NCBI GenBank assembly: GCA_002811645.1
Contig: PDIP01000022.1
Location: 173,365 to 237,364 of the forward strand
Direction of reading: 5' to 3'
DNA: 64,000 nt
Source of the DNA: Corallochytrium limacisporum Hawaii
Lineage: Eukaryota; Protista; Pluriformea
Every line of letters starts with the position of its first letter. The stretch's first letter is position 1. This document shows, in pieces, positions 44,153-54,131 of this stretch. Both the position numbers and the translations under genes were made by a program. The notes beneath the pieces are model-generated. The model ran no database searches and was not told where the DNA came from. It saw nothing but the letters and a program-made list of their open reading frames with translations.

Positions 44153-44989
44153 ATGAGTCAAAAGTTCAGGATCTCTGTGAGCGAGGAAGACTTTGCTGCC
44201 CTTGCGCAAGTTTATGAAGAGTCCAAGAAGGGTGAAGAAAAGGCAGGCAAATCAGCCGCTCGTAACATTGGCCTTAGGAATCGGATCTCGAACGACATCA
44301 ATGCTTCCACTGGGCGCGAGGACCATGACAACAAGCTTCGCGCAAAGCTAAAGAATGCAGCCGACAATCGGAACCTAAAGAACGCGGCTGCGAATGGCAA
44401 ATTCTTGACAGTGTCAACTCTTCTAAAGCGGAAAGGTGTAGACTGTAACAAGCAGGATAGCAAGGGTCGAACTGCCTTACATTTCGCAGTCGCGTCGGGG
44501 CATGTGAGTATTATAAATCTTCTCTTAAAACACGGTGCTAATCCGAATTTGCAGGACACCAATGGTAATACTCCCCTACATTTGGCAGCCTTGAGCCAGC
44601 GCACCAATATCGTGAGTTTGTTGCTGCAGCATGGTGCATTGCCTGATATTGTTGATGGCTTTGGGAAGAATGCAAAGCATGTTGCGCTCTCACGGCTCTC
44701 TAGACTGGCTCGTATGACCCACGCTAAACAGGACGGCAACAAAGAGGAGCACGACCCTTTGCATCTTGCCCCTTGGAGACACCATCAGAGTGCACCAACT
44801 TTGCGTGGTTTACAGAAAGCCGTTCATGAAATTATCGAGATGCTGGAGGCATACATGAATGCCACCCGCCAGGCAGATGAATCCACCGAGGATCTGTGTC
44901 GAATGCTCAAGGCCATTGAGACGAGTGACACAATTGACAACATGTTGGATTCATTTGACAAACTGTTGGTGACAGAGGGCAGGCAGTAA
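44153..44989 (+). CDS. ANKRD54: Ankyrin repeat protein, ANKRD54-like
   Basis: KGRTALHFA and GNTPLHLAA ankyrin repeats; C-terminal IIEMLEAY...DLC..L...LDSF matches the ANKRD54 tail. Confidence 0.7.
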   Translation: MSQKFRISVSEEDFAALAQVYEESKKGEEKAGKSAARNIGLRNRISNDINASTGREDHDNKLRAKLKNAADNRNLKNAAANGKFLTVSTLLKRKGVDCNKQDSKGRTALHFAVASGHVSIINLLLKHGANPNLQDTNGNTPLHLAALSQRTNIVSLLLQHGALPDIVDGFGKNAKHVALSRLSRLARMTHAKQDGNKEEHDPLHLAPWRHHQSAPTLRGLQKAVHEIIEMLEAYMNATRQADESTEDLCRMLKAIETSDTIDNMLDSFDKLLVTEGRQ

Positions 44990-45021
44990 GGCCAGGTTTT
45001 GGCTTAGATTTCACATTTTCT

Positions 45022-45891
45022 CTATTGTACGTCATAAATTCTAGTTTCTAGCTGACCATTCTTGTCATGAGCAAGTCCGTACACCTTAGACACCCCCATT
45101 TCTGCCAAATACAGCATGCTGTTCTCATAGAACTGTGCAACTTCAGCTGGCTTATGGGAGTCATCAGAAAGGGTCAATTTCTGCCCTTCCTTTAGCGCGA
45201 GTTCCAGGATGCGCTTGCCAGGGTATGCACTACGCCATCCACGTTTCATACTGCTACTGTTGAGTTCTAAGAGTGATCCGTTGCTACTCGTTTGTCTCAG
45301 GATCTTGCTGACCAATTGCATACACTCATCGGACACTTGGTGATCCTCATCATACTTCTTGATGACGTCGATGTGCCCTATGACCTCCGGTGAAACCTGC
45401 TCTACCAATTTCAAAACCGACTCAAAGTACTGCAGATACATCTTATCCTTGCCTCCCAAGACTTCAGCTGCACTGAGATAGGTTTCCTTTGAAAAATCAA
45501 TGGGCAAGGTACCAACATGGTGAACAGATCCAACGATGTACTCCAAATTGAACTGTTCTCGTAAATTCTTAATCTTCTGGCCATAAGTATCATCAATCCA
45601 CTCCGTCTCCATACCGACTATAATGTCCAAAGATTGCCTATTACTGACTTGCAACTCTCGTGCAGCAGTAACATAGTCAGAGAACGTTTTGTACAGATCC
45701 GCCGGGGTCATATTCTCTTCCAACTCTTCTGGGTACAAGTTCGCAGGATCATATCGAGGCATATGTTCCGACAATCCCATAACAACATATCCTTTATTCT
45801 TTCCAGCCTCGATCATTTCCGGCAGTGTTCCAGAAGCATGTTTGCAGTAGGACCCGCTGTGGCTATGCATTGTAAACCAGGGCACCGGCAT
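45022..45891 (-). CDS. HIS2: PHP-family histidinol-phosphate phosphatase (fungal His2 type)
   Basis: HSHSG.YC.HA, GLSEHMPR..LYPEE, VGSVHHV, GHID, LSDDSH motifs. Confidence 0.88.
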   Translation of the reverse strand: MPVPWFTMHSHSGSYCKHASGTLPEMIEAGKNKGYVVMGLSEHMPRYDPANLYPEELEENMTPADLYKTFSDYVTAARELQVSNRQSLDIIVGMETEWIDDTYGQKIKNLREQFNLEYIVGSVHHVGTLPIDFSKETYLSAAEVLGGKDKMYLQYFESVLKLVEQVSPEVIGHIDVIKKYDEDHQVSDECMQLVSKILRQTSSNGSLLELNSSSMKRGWRSAYPGKRILELALKEGQKLTLSDDSHKPAEVAQFYENSMLYLAEMGVSKVYGLAHDKNGQLETRIYDVQ

Positions 45892-45905
45892 CTTGCTTTT
45901 TGCAC

Positions 45906-46331
45906 CTATGCCTTTGATGTCTTCTCAATGTTTGCAAGGACTTCCCTCGGATCGGTACTTACTATCTGCCCGTCCCAAACAATTTCTTCAACAACCATGC
46001 ACACAAAGTCGACGTGTTGAAGAAGATCAAGTTCGCTAAAGTTTGGAATGCGACTATCAAGAATTTCTACAAAGAGACCAAAAAATTCGTACACGGCTAG
46101 CTCGTTGTCGTTTTCGTCAACACACGCGGCGAAGTGGAGACTTGCAAACCTCCGGGACACAACTGCGAAGTTCTGGAAAGTGCCAAACGAACAACCAGTG
46201 GCCTTTCTACTAACTATCCGCTGCGGAATCTCTTCCTTAGCTGGTCCTTCAATCTCTCTCCCTTTTGAGGTTAGTGGCAAGATAAACCTGATACGTCCTT
46301 CCCTATTGCATACCAAGAGCAGGTGGATCAT
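45906..46331 (-). CDS. AP4S1: Adaptor complex small (sigma) subunit, AP-4-like
   Basis: MI..LL.NREG.IR, CSF, RRFASLHF, NELAVYEF..FVEILD, SELD; AP-4 paralog assignment is tentative. Confidence 0.7.
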   Translation of the reverse strand: MIHLLLVCNREGRIRFILPLTSKGREIEGPAKEEIPQRIVSRKATGCSFGTFQNFAVVSRRFASLHFAACVDENDNELAVYEFFGLFVEILDSRIPNFSELDLLQHVDFVCMVVEEIVWDGQIVSTDPREVLANIEKTSKA

Positions 46332-46776
46332 CTTCTATATTGAATCGTGCATCAGTTCAATCCCACTACTGTCAGTGTGAGAATGAGAAACGGGCAACAT
46401 GAATACACATTTTGAATACCTGCGCATGGTGGCTTTTGTTTGTTGAGCCGGTAGGGAGGCGATCAAAGGGGGTGGGGGCAATTTCCTGTTCTCCTGCACT
46501 TTCCCGCTGCTTCTCGTGAGGCGAACGCCAATCGCAAACTGGCCATACGAACGGGCAGAATGGGGAAGGAGAACCTTCGCTTCTAAGCATCAGGGCGTCT
46601 AGGTGGGGGCAGTGAAGCCAATCGGTGTTCTGGCGCGATAAATTACGCAAGCCCAAATTGCGGACAACCATTTCCAACCAGAAGTCAGCAAGGTAGACCA
46701 AAGAATGCGGCTGATAAGTAGAGATCTCACAGAACACTGCAGAATTTGACTTATGATCAGGAAGTGATTGATAGCT

Positions 46777-47373
46777 ATGAGCACCCTTGCTGATGCCAAC
46801 AAGATCCTCGCGGATACCACTGCAGTGGAAGATGAGCTTCTCGACGAGCTTGATGACCTCGACGAGCCCGCACATATTCGGGAGAAGCGTCTGCAAGAGC
46901 TTCAGGCTCGTATGAACGCACTGCAAGAGATGAAGCAGAAACAATTCGGTGAATTGACCCCTGTGCAGAAAGAAAAGGAGATCCTGGAGATCACTACTTC
47001 TGTCCCTCGCTGTATTGTTCTGTTCCACCATCCTGACTTTAAAAAGTCCTTGCTGGTTGAGGATCATCTGCGCAGCATTGCACGCAAGTATTTCAGCGTA
47101 AAATTCGTTGCCATTGATGTCCGGGGTTGCGGTTTCCTGGTGGACAAACTAAAGCTGAAGGTTATGCCGGTGGTTGTCTGCTTCAAGGATGGTATCACTA
47201 TCGATAGGATTGAAGGCTTTGATGGCATTCGTGGAGCAGTTGATTCATGCAGTAAGGAGGAGTATGAAGGCCGTCTTCAAAAATCTCCCATATTCGCTGA
47301 CCAGAAGATTGCAGACAAATCCATCTTTGGTTTCTCGAAGAGGGATGACGACGACTCTGATCTGGACGATTGA
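46777..47373 (+). CDS. TXNDC9: Phosducin-like protein 3 / TXNDC9
   Basis: IREKRLQEL, EKEILE, F.HPDF, FLVDKL.LKV.P, DRIEGF, acidic DDDSD tail. Confidence 0.8.
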   Translation: MSTLADANKILADTTAVEDELLDELDDLDEPAHIREKRLQELQARMNALQEMKQKQFGELTPVQKEKEILEITTSVPRCIVLFHHPDFKKSLLVEDHLRSIARKYFSVKFVAIDVRGCGFLVDKLKLKVMPVVVCFKDGITIDRIEGFDGIRGAVDSCSKEEYEGRLQKSPIFADQKIADKSIFGFSKRDDDDSDLDD

Positions 47374-47478
47374 AGGGCGTCATAGACAGACTGTTCTACT
47401 TCGCACATCCACTACATTAGTAGTACGGTTCATGCTGTGCTTTGATAGCAATACAATATGTACACAAATTCTTTAATC

Positions 47479-48189
47479 TTATTTCCATCCAAAAAGCCAT
47501 CCTAGTGTGGAGCTACTACCGGTGCTTGTGCCCTTGCAAGGAATGGATTGCTCTACGTTTGTAGGGATCTGGGCCTGCGAAGGTGCACGTTCACATGTGC
47601 CATAGTTGTTTCTGATGATGTCCATCATGTCATCTGGTATATCCCTCATCTGCTCATCACATGTCTTCCTTCCTGTACTATCTCCAGCTTCATACCGCAG
47701 GTACTGGGAGGGCCCGCGCCGCAAGGTAGTGGTGACTTCGTAAGTGTTCCGAGAGTGATCTCGACTCTCCTTGCGCTCTTCGATGATGCCATCAGGCAAT
47801 GCACGCATACTTGACTTCGTCGAGACTGATGAAAATGAGAACATCGGCTGCGAATTTTCTTGGCGAGTGTGCTCACTCGGCACCCTCTGAACATCCGATG
47901 GGGTACGCTCCGTCTCATTATATTGCTGACCATTGATTGAGGGATCCTCCATGAGAACCTTGTTGCGCAAAGGGTTTGAGGATGCCGGTGCCCGGGAAAA
48001 CGGACTAGAAGGCTCTACATGCTGGCTTTCCTCCATTTCCTTTGCGATCTGCTGCAGTTCCTCAAAAAACCGGTCTTCGCCTAATAAACCTTGAAATATG
48101 TTATTTATCTGCTGTTCCATAAACTGAAGTGGATCTTGAATGCCATCCTGTCCCCAAAACCCATTCGGGCCGTTTGGAAAACCTACCAT
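47479..48189 (-). CDS. HAX1-like protein (MLF-like not excluded)
   Basis: LRNKVL resembles HAX1 LRDSML; SVST....PDGIIEERK..RD...TT resembles HAX1 KPDGIVEERRTVVD; ends in GWLFGWK. Confidence 0.55.
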   Translation of the reverse strand: MVGFPNGPNGFWGQDGIQDPLQFMEQQINNIFQGLLGEDRFFEELQQIAKEMEESQHVEPSSPFSRAPASSNPLRNKVLMEDPSINGQQYNETERTPSDVQRVPSEHTRQENSQPMFSFSSVSTKSSMRALPDGIIEERKESRDHSRNTYEVTTTLRRGPSQYLRYEAGDSTGRKTCDEQMRDIPDDMMDIIRNNYGTCERAPSQAQIPTNVEQSIPCKGTSTGSSSTLGWLFGWK

Positions 48190-48679
48190 TCTGTTCCTGT
48201 CACCTTGTCATGCACAAACAAAGACTTCTTGCTATTTTAATTTACATATCAACCACAACCTATTAGTAAAAAACAAATGTATTCTGGAAAATAGCTGTAT
48301 GTGCCATAAAACAAAATTTCTGTTGAATACAAACAAATCTCGCTTTGTGGGTCCGACGAGGATTACGGTTGCCTCTTCTTGTCGTCGCTGTATTTGCCTT
48401 TAAGATGGCCTCAAGGCCACGCGAAAATGTCAGCTTCCCTTTCAATTTACTGGGGCCGTGCCAAGACTAGGACGCGACGGTGGCCTAAGAATAGTAAAGG
48501 GAGGGGTTCTGCTCAGCACATTCACTATGACCCAGCCATCTCCAGTGTAGAAGCGGCACAGGAAAAAGAGTGCAAGGGGCGATCAGTTGCGTGGATCTAT
48601 TGTTCTGTATAGTGGGTAATGATACATACTTGAGCTAATAAAAAAGAAGTTGAGATTGACAAAATAGACGACAAGCTTG

Positions 48680-49837
48680 TCATTGCATGGGCTCTGGTTC
48701 CTTTGGTTTTATCTCCTCAGCCAGCCAGTAGACAGGTGATCCTACGTACAGAAGCTCAGGGATCTTGGGGAATACGAGGACGCAGTCTTGCTTAGCCTTC
48801 ACCACTTTTCGATCCTTACCGGAGCCAGGAACAAGGCCAATCTTTTGTCCCTTCTTCAATTCCTGGAAGTTATGCGTTCCCATGCCCTCAGCCCATTCAA
48901 AGCCAGCCTCCGGCATGATGAAGACTTCCTTCATTTCATAGAAGGGGCCTAAAGGCGGTGCAGGATCGAGTTTTAGTGAGTCGACATCATAGTTCGTCAG
49001 TTCGAGTTTAAGATGAATAATGCTCATAATACATCTGAAAATATTCTCTACAGCCTCGGTCTCATCGGCTTGACCGGTTTCAAGGCACACTCCAACGCCC
49101 CCGGAGATGTTCACGTACTCGTCGCTGGCAACTGGCATGCCTTGACCGAGCGTGTGCTCTGGATCGCATAGAACCACATCCGTATCCAGCATGCTAATCA
49201 GTTCTTCGTGAGCATGTCGATACTTTCCTCCGACACGAGCAAACGCCACGGATGGTTTGTTCGTTGCGTGAATATCTACCAGGATATCTGTAGATGACAG
49301 GAGGGGCCGCAATTGGCGAGCCCTACGCAGCTCGTAGGGTCCATCTTCCCGTTCACTTTCACTCAGATTCTTAGGGACGCCAAAGGAACGGTTCAAATCA
49401 ACACCACCTTCACTCCATCTTTTCCCTTCTCGTACCGCCTGCGGGTTTCCAATGCCTAGTGTGAGGGTACCAAAAGCAATATTGGTCGGCGTTGTTCTCA
49501 GAATTCCGGCTATCCTCTTCACAACTTCGACGCCGGCCTTCTCATTTCCGTGTACGCCACCCAATATGGTTACAGACGGCCCGTCTTCTGGAGCTGCTAA
49601 CATCCAGACGTCTTCAACCACTTCCTGAAACACTTTCCTTTCGCCTCCTGCATGATCGTTCTTGTCGAACTCACAACCTTCGAATAACAGTCCCTGTTCG
49701 TTTTCCTGTCTTCGTGTGTACCGGAATGTACGAACTTGACGATGCACTCCGAAAGTGAATACACTGGTGTTCCTTCTTATCGTGTTTTTCTGCCACAGTG
49801 GGCTTGCATATCGTGCAATGCCAGCAACTCGAAGCAT
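48680..49837 (-). CDS. M14 succinylglutamate desuccinylase/aspartoacylase-family metallohydrolase with mitochondrial presequence
   Basis: GGVHGNE, DLNRSF, DIH and ETG motifs; Arg-rich, acid-free N-terminus. Confidence 0.8.
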   Translation of the reverse strand: MLRVAGIARYASPLWQKNTIRRNTSVFTFGVHRQVRTFRYTRRQENEQGLLFEGCEFDKNDHAGGERKVFQEVVEDVWMLAAPEDGPSVTILGGVHGNEKAGVEVVKRIAGILRTTPTNIAFGTLTLGIGNPQAVREGKRWSEGGVDLNRSFGVPKNLSESEREDGPYELRRARQLRPLLSSTDILVDIHATNKPSVAFARVGGKYRHAHEELISMLDTDVVLCDPEHTLGQGMPVASDEYVNISGGVGVCLETGQADETEAVENIFRCIMSIIHLKLELTNYDVDSLKLDPAPPLGPFYEMKEVFIMPEAGFEWAEGMGTHNFQELKKGQKIGLVPGSGKDRKVVKAKQDCVLVFPKIPELLYVGSPVYWLAEEIKPKEPEPMQ

Positions 49838-50511
49838 GATATTAAGATATTGTGTTGACCGATACGATCAAAACATCTAACTCGTTGATATATTCATTCC
49901 AATAATCTTTCGCATTTTCCTACCATGGGAATTGATCTGTATGATATGGTTGACTCTTCTCTGGAAACAGTTTACGTTTCAAGTGAACAACCCGACGAAC
50001 ACCGTGATGCCGTAAATAGCCGAGTGTCAACAAGCCAGCCTTGCCCCGCCCGGGGGAGGCGAGCTGCCCTAGGGAGAAGAGTATGAGACTTTCCCTACCC
50101 CGCAAATCGCGACTCCAAAGAAAGGACCTCCCGCCGCTGCCCAGCTTTCCAGCGCAGACACCAGCAACGGAGAATTTGTTGGAGGATCAAGAGTCAGGCG
50201 GCGGGGCCATCGAAGGAGCCTTCCGTTCGCAATCCCAATTCTCCACGAAGCACTGGTGGGTACACTGAATGTGCTGAGGTTGCGTTTTACGGGGAAGTTG
50301 TCCACTTCAGTGGGGTGGGGAGGAATGGGGGAAGGGGGCCGGCTCCTTGTTATTCGAGAATCATGTGGCGTAGGTGTCATATGTCAAGTCTAAATTACCA
50401 TGATTTATGGTATTTCAGGACCACCGAGCATTGCGTATAGGCTCAAAGAGCAGGATGATAAAATTTGGTTTGGGTATCAAGGATCTAGAAAACAATCCGT
50501 CAATAGTGACA

Positions 50512-50715
50512 ATGGCTTCACGGACGAAGGAAGATGTAGTACGAGACGGCAAGTACAAGGGAGGCGTTGAAGATATCCTGGTGCATGAGCTGAAAAATCT
50601 CAAGGAAGGACGGGAGACGTATCAGCAACTTGGAAACAGCAAGGTTTTTCTCTTCAGACCACGTGAACAGATCCTGGCCGATGCTCAAATTTCCAGTAAA
50701 GGAACGAATACATAG
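50512..50715 (+). CDS. ASDURF: ASDURF-like prefoldin-like microprotein (alternative starts at 50407 and 50455)
   Basis: ELKNLKEGRETYQQLGNSKVFLFRPREQIL aligns by eye with human ASDURF [30 protein letters not shown] (recalled). Confidence 0.7.
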   Translation: MASRTKEDVVRDGKYKGGVEDILVHELKNLKEGRETYQQLGNSKVFLFRPREQILADAQISSKGTNT

Positions 50716-50720
50716 AGACC

Positions 50721-51197
50721 ATGAGCCACTTAGTCCCGACAGTGAAGTTCGCCCTTGTGGTCGTTAGACACCCCACCAGCAAAAGATATGTAGCCGTGGA
50801 GGAAACACAAAATCGTGGATGGTGGTTACCTGGTGGAAAGGTTGATCCCGGAGAGACGTTTGCAATAGCTGCATGTCGTGAAACCATGGAAGAAGCTGGC
50901 ATCGAGGTCCGCCTTAAAGGTGTCCTTCGCGTGGAGCATTCACCCGGACCTGACTTCGATCGGATGCGTATGATATTTCTTGGTGAGCCGGTTGATCCAG
51001 AGTGCCAACTGAAGAGTGTGGCGGATGAAGAATCATTGCAGGCCAAATGGGTTGATCTCGCGGAGCTGCAGGATATGCACGAGAAGCGGAGCATGAGAGG
51101 GAAGGAGCTACTGCAATGGGCCACTTATCTTGAACAGGGGGGTGAAGTGTATCCGATGCGTTTATTGGCCAGTGAGATCGATCCTGTACGGCCGTAA
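50721..51197 (+). CDS. NUDT18: Nudix hydrolase, NUDT18-like
   Basis: Nudix box GGKVDPGETFAIAACRETMEEAG; ADEESLQAKW resembles NUDT18 ADAESLQAAW. Confidence 0.75.
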   Translation: MSHLVPTVKFALVVVRHPTSKRYVAVEETQNRGWWLPGGKVDPGETFAIAACRETMEEAGIEVRLKGVLRVEHSPGPDFDRMRMIFLGEPVDPECQLKSVADEESLQAKWVDLAELQDMHEKRSMRGKELLQWATYLEQGGEVYPMRLLASEIDPVRP

Positions 51198-51243
51198 TGC
51201 ATAAATCTTTTTCTATTTCATATCCATACATTACACATTATAG

Positions 51244-52968
51244 TTATACAACCTCAATGATACGGTTAGCGCGCAACTCGGCGGCGAAGTGTGATCGGAG
51301 GTCCCGGACAGAAGGCATTGGAGTCAAAGGTCCCGCTTTGATGATTTGTCTCATGAACCACAGCACGAACACTCCACAGTCAATGCTATTTGCTTGTCGG
51401 GGCACACCAGGGTAGGATCCGACGTCATAGTCAGGAAACATGGCTTTCACAGCAGCATTGCGGGAGGCGGTTAAGTTCTGCTGACCCATAGAGTCCACAA
51501 GGAAGTAGGTTCGCAGACTCTTGTCGGCAAGGATCAGTGACCAATGTGTATGAGAATGGTTTGGGAGCAATGTCTTCCTGACACGAGGGTCAGTGATTTG
51601 CCGATAGCCTTTCCACGCTTTCCAGGAGTGGCTATTGCTTTCAACTCCTTCGACAACCTTGGACATCAAGAAGCTGTTTGCAATGTAAACATCTCCGCCG
51701 CCTGTCTCGGCTAGGTGATCCATAAGTAGGTCCCTGTACGCATTGATCACATCGTCATTCAGACGTTCGCCACCGGTAAGCAGAGAAAGGCCATGCTCGG
51801 ACACCTGTCGCTCGCCGGTTTCCTCCCTCATTGTTTTCCTCCTTTTCTGTTCCGCAGCGTCTTGATCTTCGATCTTTCGACTAGTTGATCCGCCTAAACT
51901 CGAGGTCTCTGATTGCGGTACAGAGCCCTTTTGACAGCTTGTCCTGTGACCTTCTACGCCAGTCCTGCGACTCGTTTCTGGCTTGCTTTCGATCCCAGTG
52001 GCACTTCCTGGGACCTGGTTAGCAAGGACGGTGCCATTCTCATTGGTCTCCGAAAATCGATAGCAATTCGTAAACGTTCCGCCGGTCATTGACTGAATCT
52101 GCGCAATAATGCGTTCAATTTCGAGATATCTGCGAACTGTTACAGATAGAATCTTGATGGTTGACACATTACTTGGCGGAACGTAACCTGATAGGGTTAC
52201 CAAGGCCCATTGAGCCGTAGGGTCCCGCTGGTCGTCACCAAACAAACTTGTATGCTGCACCGCAAATATGTTTGAAAGCTCATCGTCCTTCGTTTCCTTA
52301 ACCTGGAGAATATACCAGCCTTCTATATTCAGAAAATCCTGCAGCAGGCGTACAGAATATTCACGGTCATCATCACCATTGTACCCGAATGCAACGCGGA
52401 ACCGTTGAATACTCAACGGACAAGATTCTCGATCGACAAGCTGTGCATTACCGAAGTGCTCGAATACATGGGTGGATAGTGAGTCCCGCCTTTGATTCAG
52501 TAGTTGGATGGCACTATCCATAGACCCAACGTTTTCTATAGACAATTGGTCTTTTGACGACTTACTGAGAAACTTCGTGAGCACTTCATCCAGAACACTC
52601 CCAAAGTGATTGTCATCTATGTGGCACCGAATTCTTTTGTCACATAGTAGTTTGTACGTCAATGCATGTACGAGCGCTTCCCCGGACCAGCGGTAAATGC
52701 GCCCAATCTGTACACTATAGTTGACTGGTTGTTCTCGGCTGCGTGACAGATCTGTGAACTGTTTCTGGTACACCGTGCTATGCTGACTTAATTCAGAAGG
52801 AGCGACAAACGGATCATAGCTACTCAAGATTTCGCGAAAAGCAGACCAGAGCGTGATATACGGTTCCTGATCTGCATGATATCCCAACAACTTCTTTGGA
52901 GCCATCTTTCTTAGTATTTTATCAACGCCTCCGGAGTCCACCGACTCCGGCGCTGCTGTCGTTGGCAT
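51244..52968 (-). CDS. Ulp1/SENP (C48) ubiquitin-like protease with uncharacterised N-terminal domain
   Basis: RLNDDVINAY, HWSL, VDSM and QANSIDCGVF catalytic motifs. Confidence 0.85.
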   Translation of the reverse strand: MPTTAAPESVDSGGVDKILRKMAPKKLLGYHADQEPYITLWSAFREILSSYDPFVAPSELSQHSTVYQKQFTDLSRSREQPVNYSVQIGRIYRWSGEALVHALTYKLLCDKRIRCHIDDNHFGSVLDEVLTKFLSKSSKDQLSIENVGSMDSAIQLLNQRRDSLSTHVFEHFGNAQLVDRESCPLSIQRFRVAFGYNGDDDREYSVRLLQDFLNIEGWYILQVKETKDDELSNIFAVQHTSLFGDDQRDPTAQWALVTLSGYVPPSNVSTIKILSVTVRRYLEIERIIAQIQSMTGGTFTNCYRFSETNENGTVLANQVPGSATGIESKPETSRRTGVEGHRTSCQKGSVPQSETSSLGGSTSRKIEDQDAAEQKRRKTMREETGERQVSEHGLSLLTGGERLNDDVINAYRDLLMDHLAETGGGDVYIANSFLMSKVVEGVESNSHSWKAWKGYRQITDPRVRKTLLPNHSHTHWSLILADKSLRTYFLVDSMGQQNLTASRNAAVKAMFPDYDVGSYPGVPRQANSIDCGVFVLWFMRQIIKAGPLTPMPSVRDLRSHFAAELRANRIIEVV

Positions 52969-53476
52969 GCAGCCCACGTATACTGTCTTTCCTTACGTTG
53001 CCTCCATCGTGGACTGCGCTATATACCGGTCATTCCAGTTTTTCTGTCGTATAGCAGGGCTACACCGTTACTACTTGAGAGTCATCAAGAATAAATCGTC
53101 CGCATCTGATCTACCACTCCAATGGGACTTTAAAACACAGATCTCCATAAGTTGTTCTTTGGCGGAGCAGAAGAATCGAGTTGCTGGTCTGGGCCACAAC
53201 TTTGAGAAGGAGAGTGGTTTCGTCACTGAGTGGCTGGCGAGGAAAGGGGGGAGGGGCACAGTTTGTTCGGCTTGGTGGGGTCTACAAACGGGCAAGCGGG
53301 GTAAACTGCTTACTGACGACCTGCTGCAAACGCAACGGCCACAAGTGCCGTGCGTGGGTCGAGCAGGAAGTTGTGTTCCTCCGTAGGCGTACAAAAGAAG
53401 ATAAGACGCAGCTGAAGAACATTTTGAGGATCGTTCTCCACATGATCCGGGCGAGGAATTGCTCGGTGGGACAACT

Positions 53477-54070
53477 ATGACTGTGTCTAACATGGTAGAG
53501 GCTGATATCGAGAAAGTACTATTTAGTGCCGAAGCAGTTCAGCGGCGGGTGAAGGAAATGGCACAAGAATTGGAGCTTCAGTTGGGGAAAAGTGACGATG
53601 CCATTTGTGTGTTGTGCGTCCTTGATGGTGCTTTTGTATTTTGCGCAGATTTGATTCGTCATCTACCCCTTAATTTCAAGATCGGGTTTATCAAGGCTGC
53701 GTCTTATGGGGAACGGACAGAAACATCCGGTAGTGTACTTTTGAAGCTCGACGTCCCGAACGAGCGTGTAAAGGGGCATACAATAGTGATTGTTGAGGAT
53801 ATCATTGACACAGGCCGCACACTAGAAAAGATTATTGAGCATCTGAAGAGCAAGGGTGCGGCAAAGGTGTTGACAGCTGTTCTGCTCGATAAGGCGGCCC
53901 GCCGTGAGCGCTCGATAAGCATTGACCACGTTGGGTTTGATTGCCCGGACGAGTTCGTTGTCGGTTATGGATTGGACTACGGATACAAGTACCGTCAATT
54001 GCCTTACATTGGTTGTCTGACCTCAGAGGCCATCAAGAGTAACGGATCTGATGAGGAAACCGCGGTTTAG
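53477..54070 (+). CDS. HPRT: Hypoxanthine(-guanine) phosphoribosyltransferase, bacterial Hpt type
   Basis: SYG...SG.V, IVIVEDIIDTGRTL PRPP motif, FVVGYGLDY..KYR.LPYIG. Confidence 0.92.
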   Translation: MTVSNMVEADIEKVLFSAEAVQRRVKEMAQELELQLGKSDDAICVLCVLDGAFVFCADLIRHLPLNFKIGFIKAASYGERTETSGSVLLKLDVPNERVKGHTIVIVEDIIDTGRTLEKIIEHLKSKGAAKVLTAVLLDKAARRERSISIDHVGFDCPDEFVVGYGLDYGYKYRQLPYIGCLTSEAIKSNGSDEETAV

Positions 54071-54131
54071 TCCATCTGTGAATATATGTACTTCATTTTT
54101 GGACGACGTATAGTCCAAGTTTCTTTACTAT

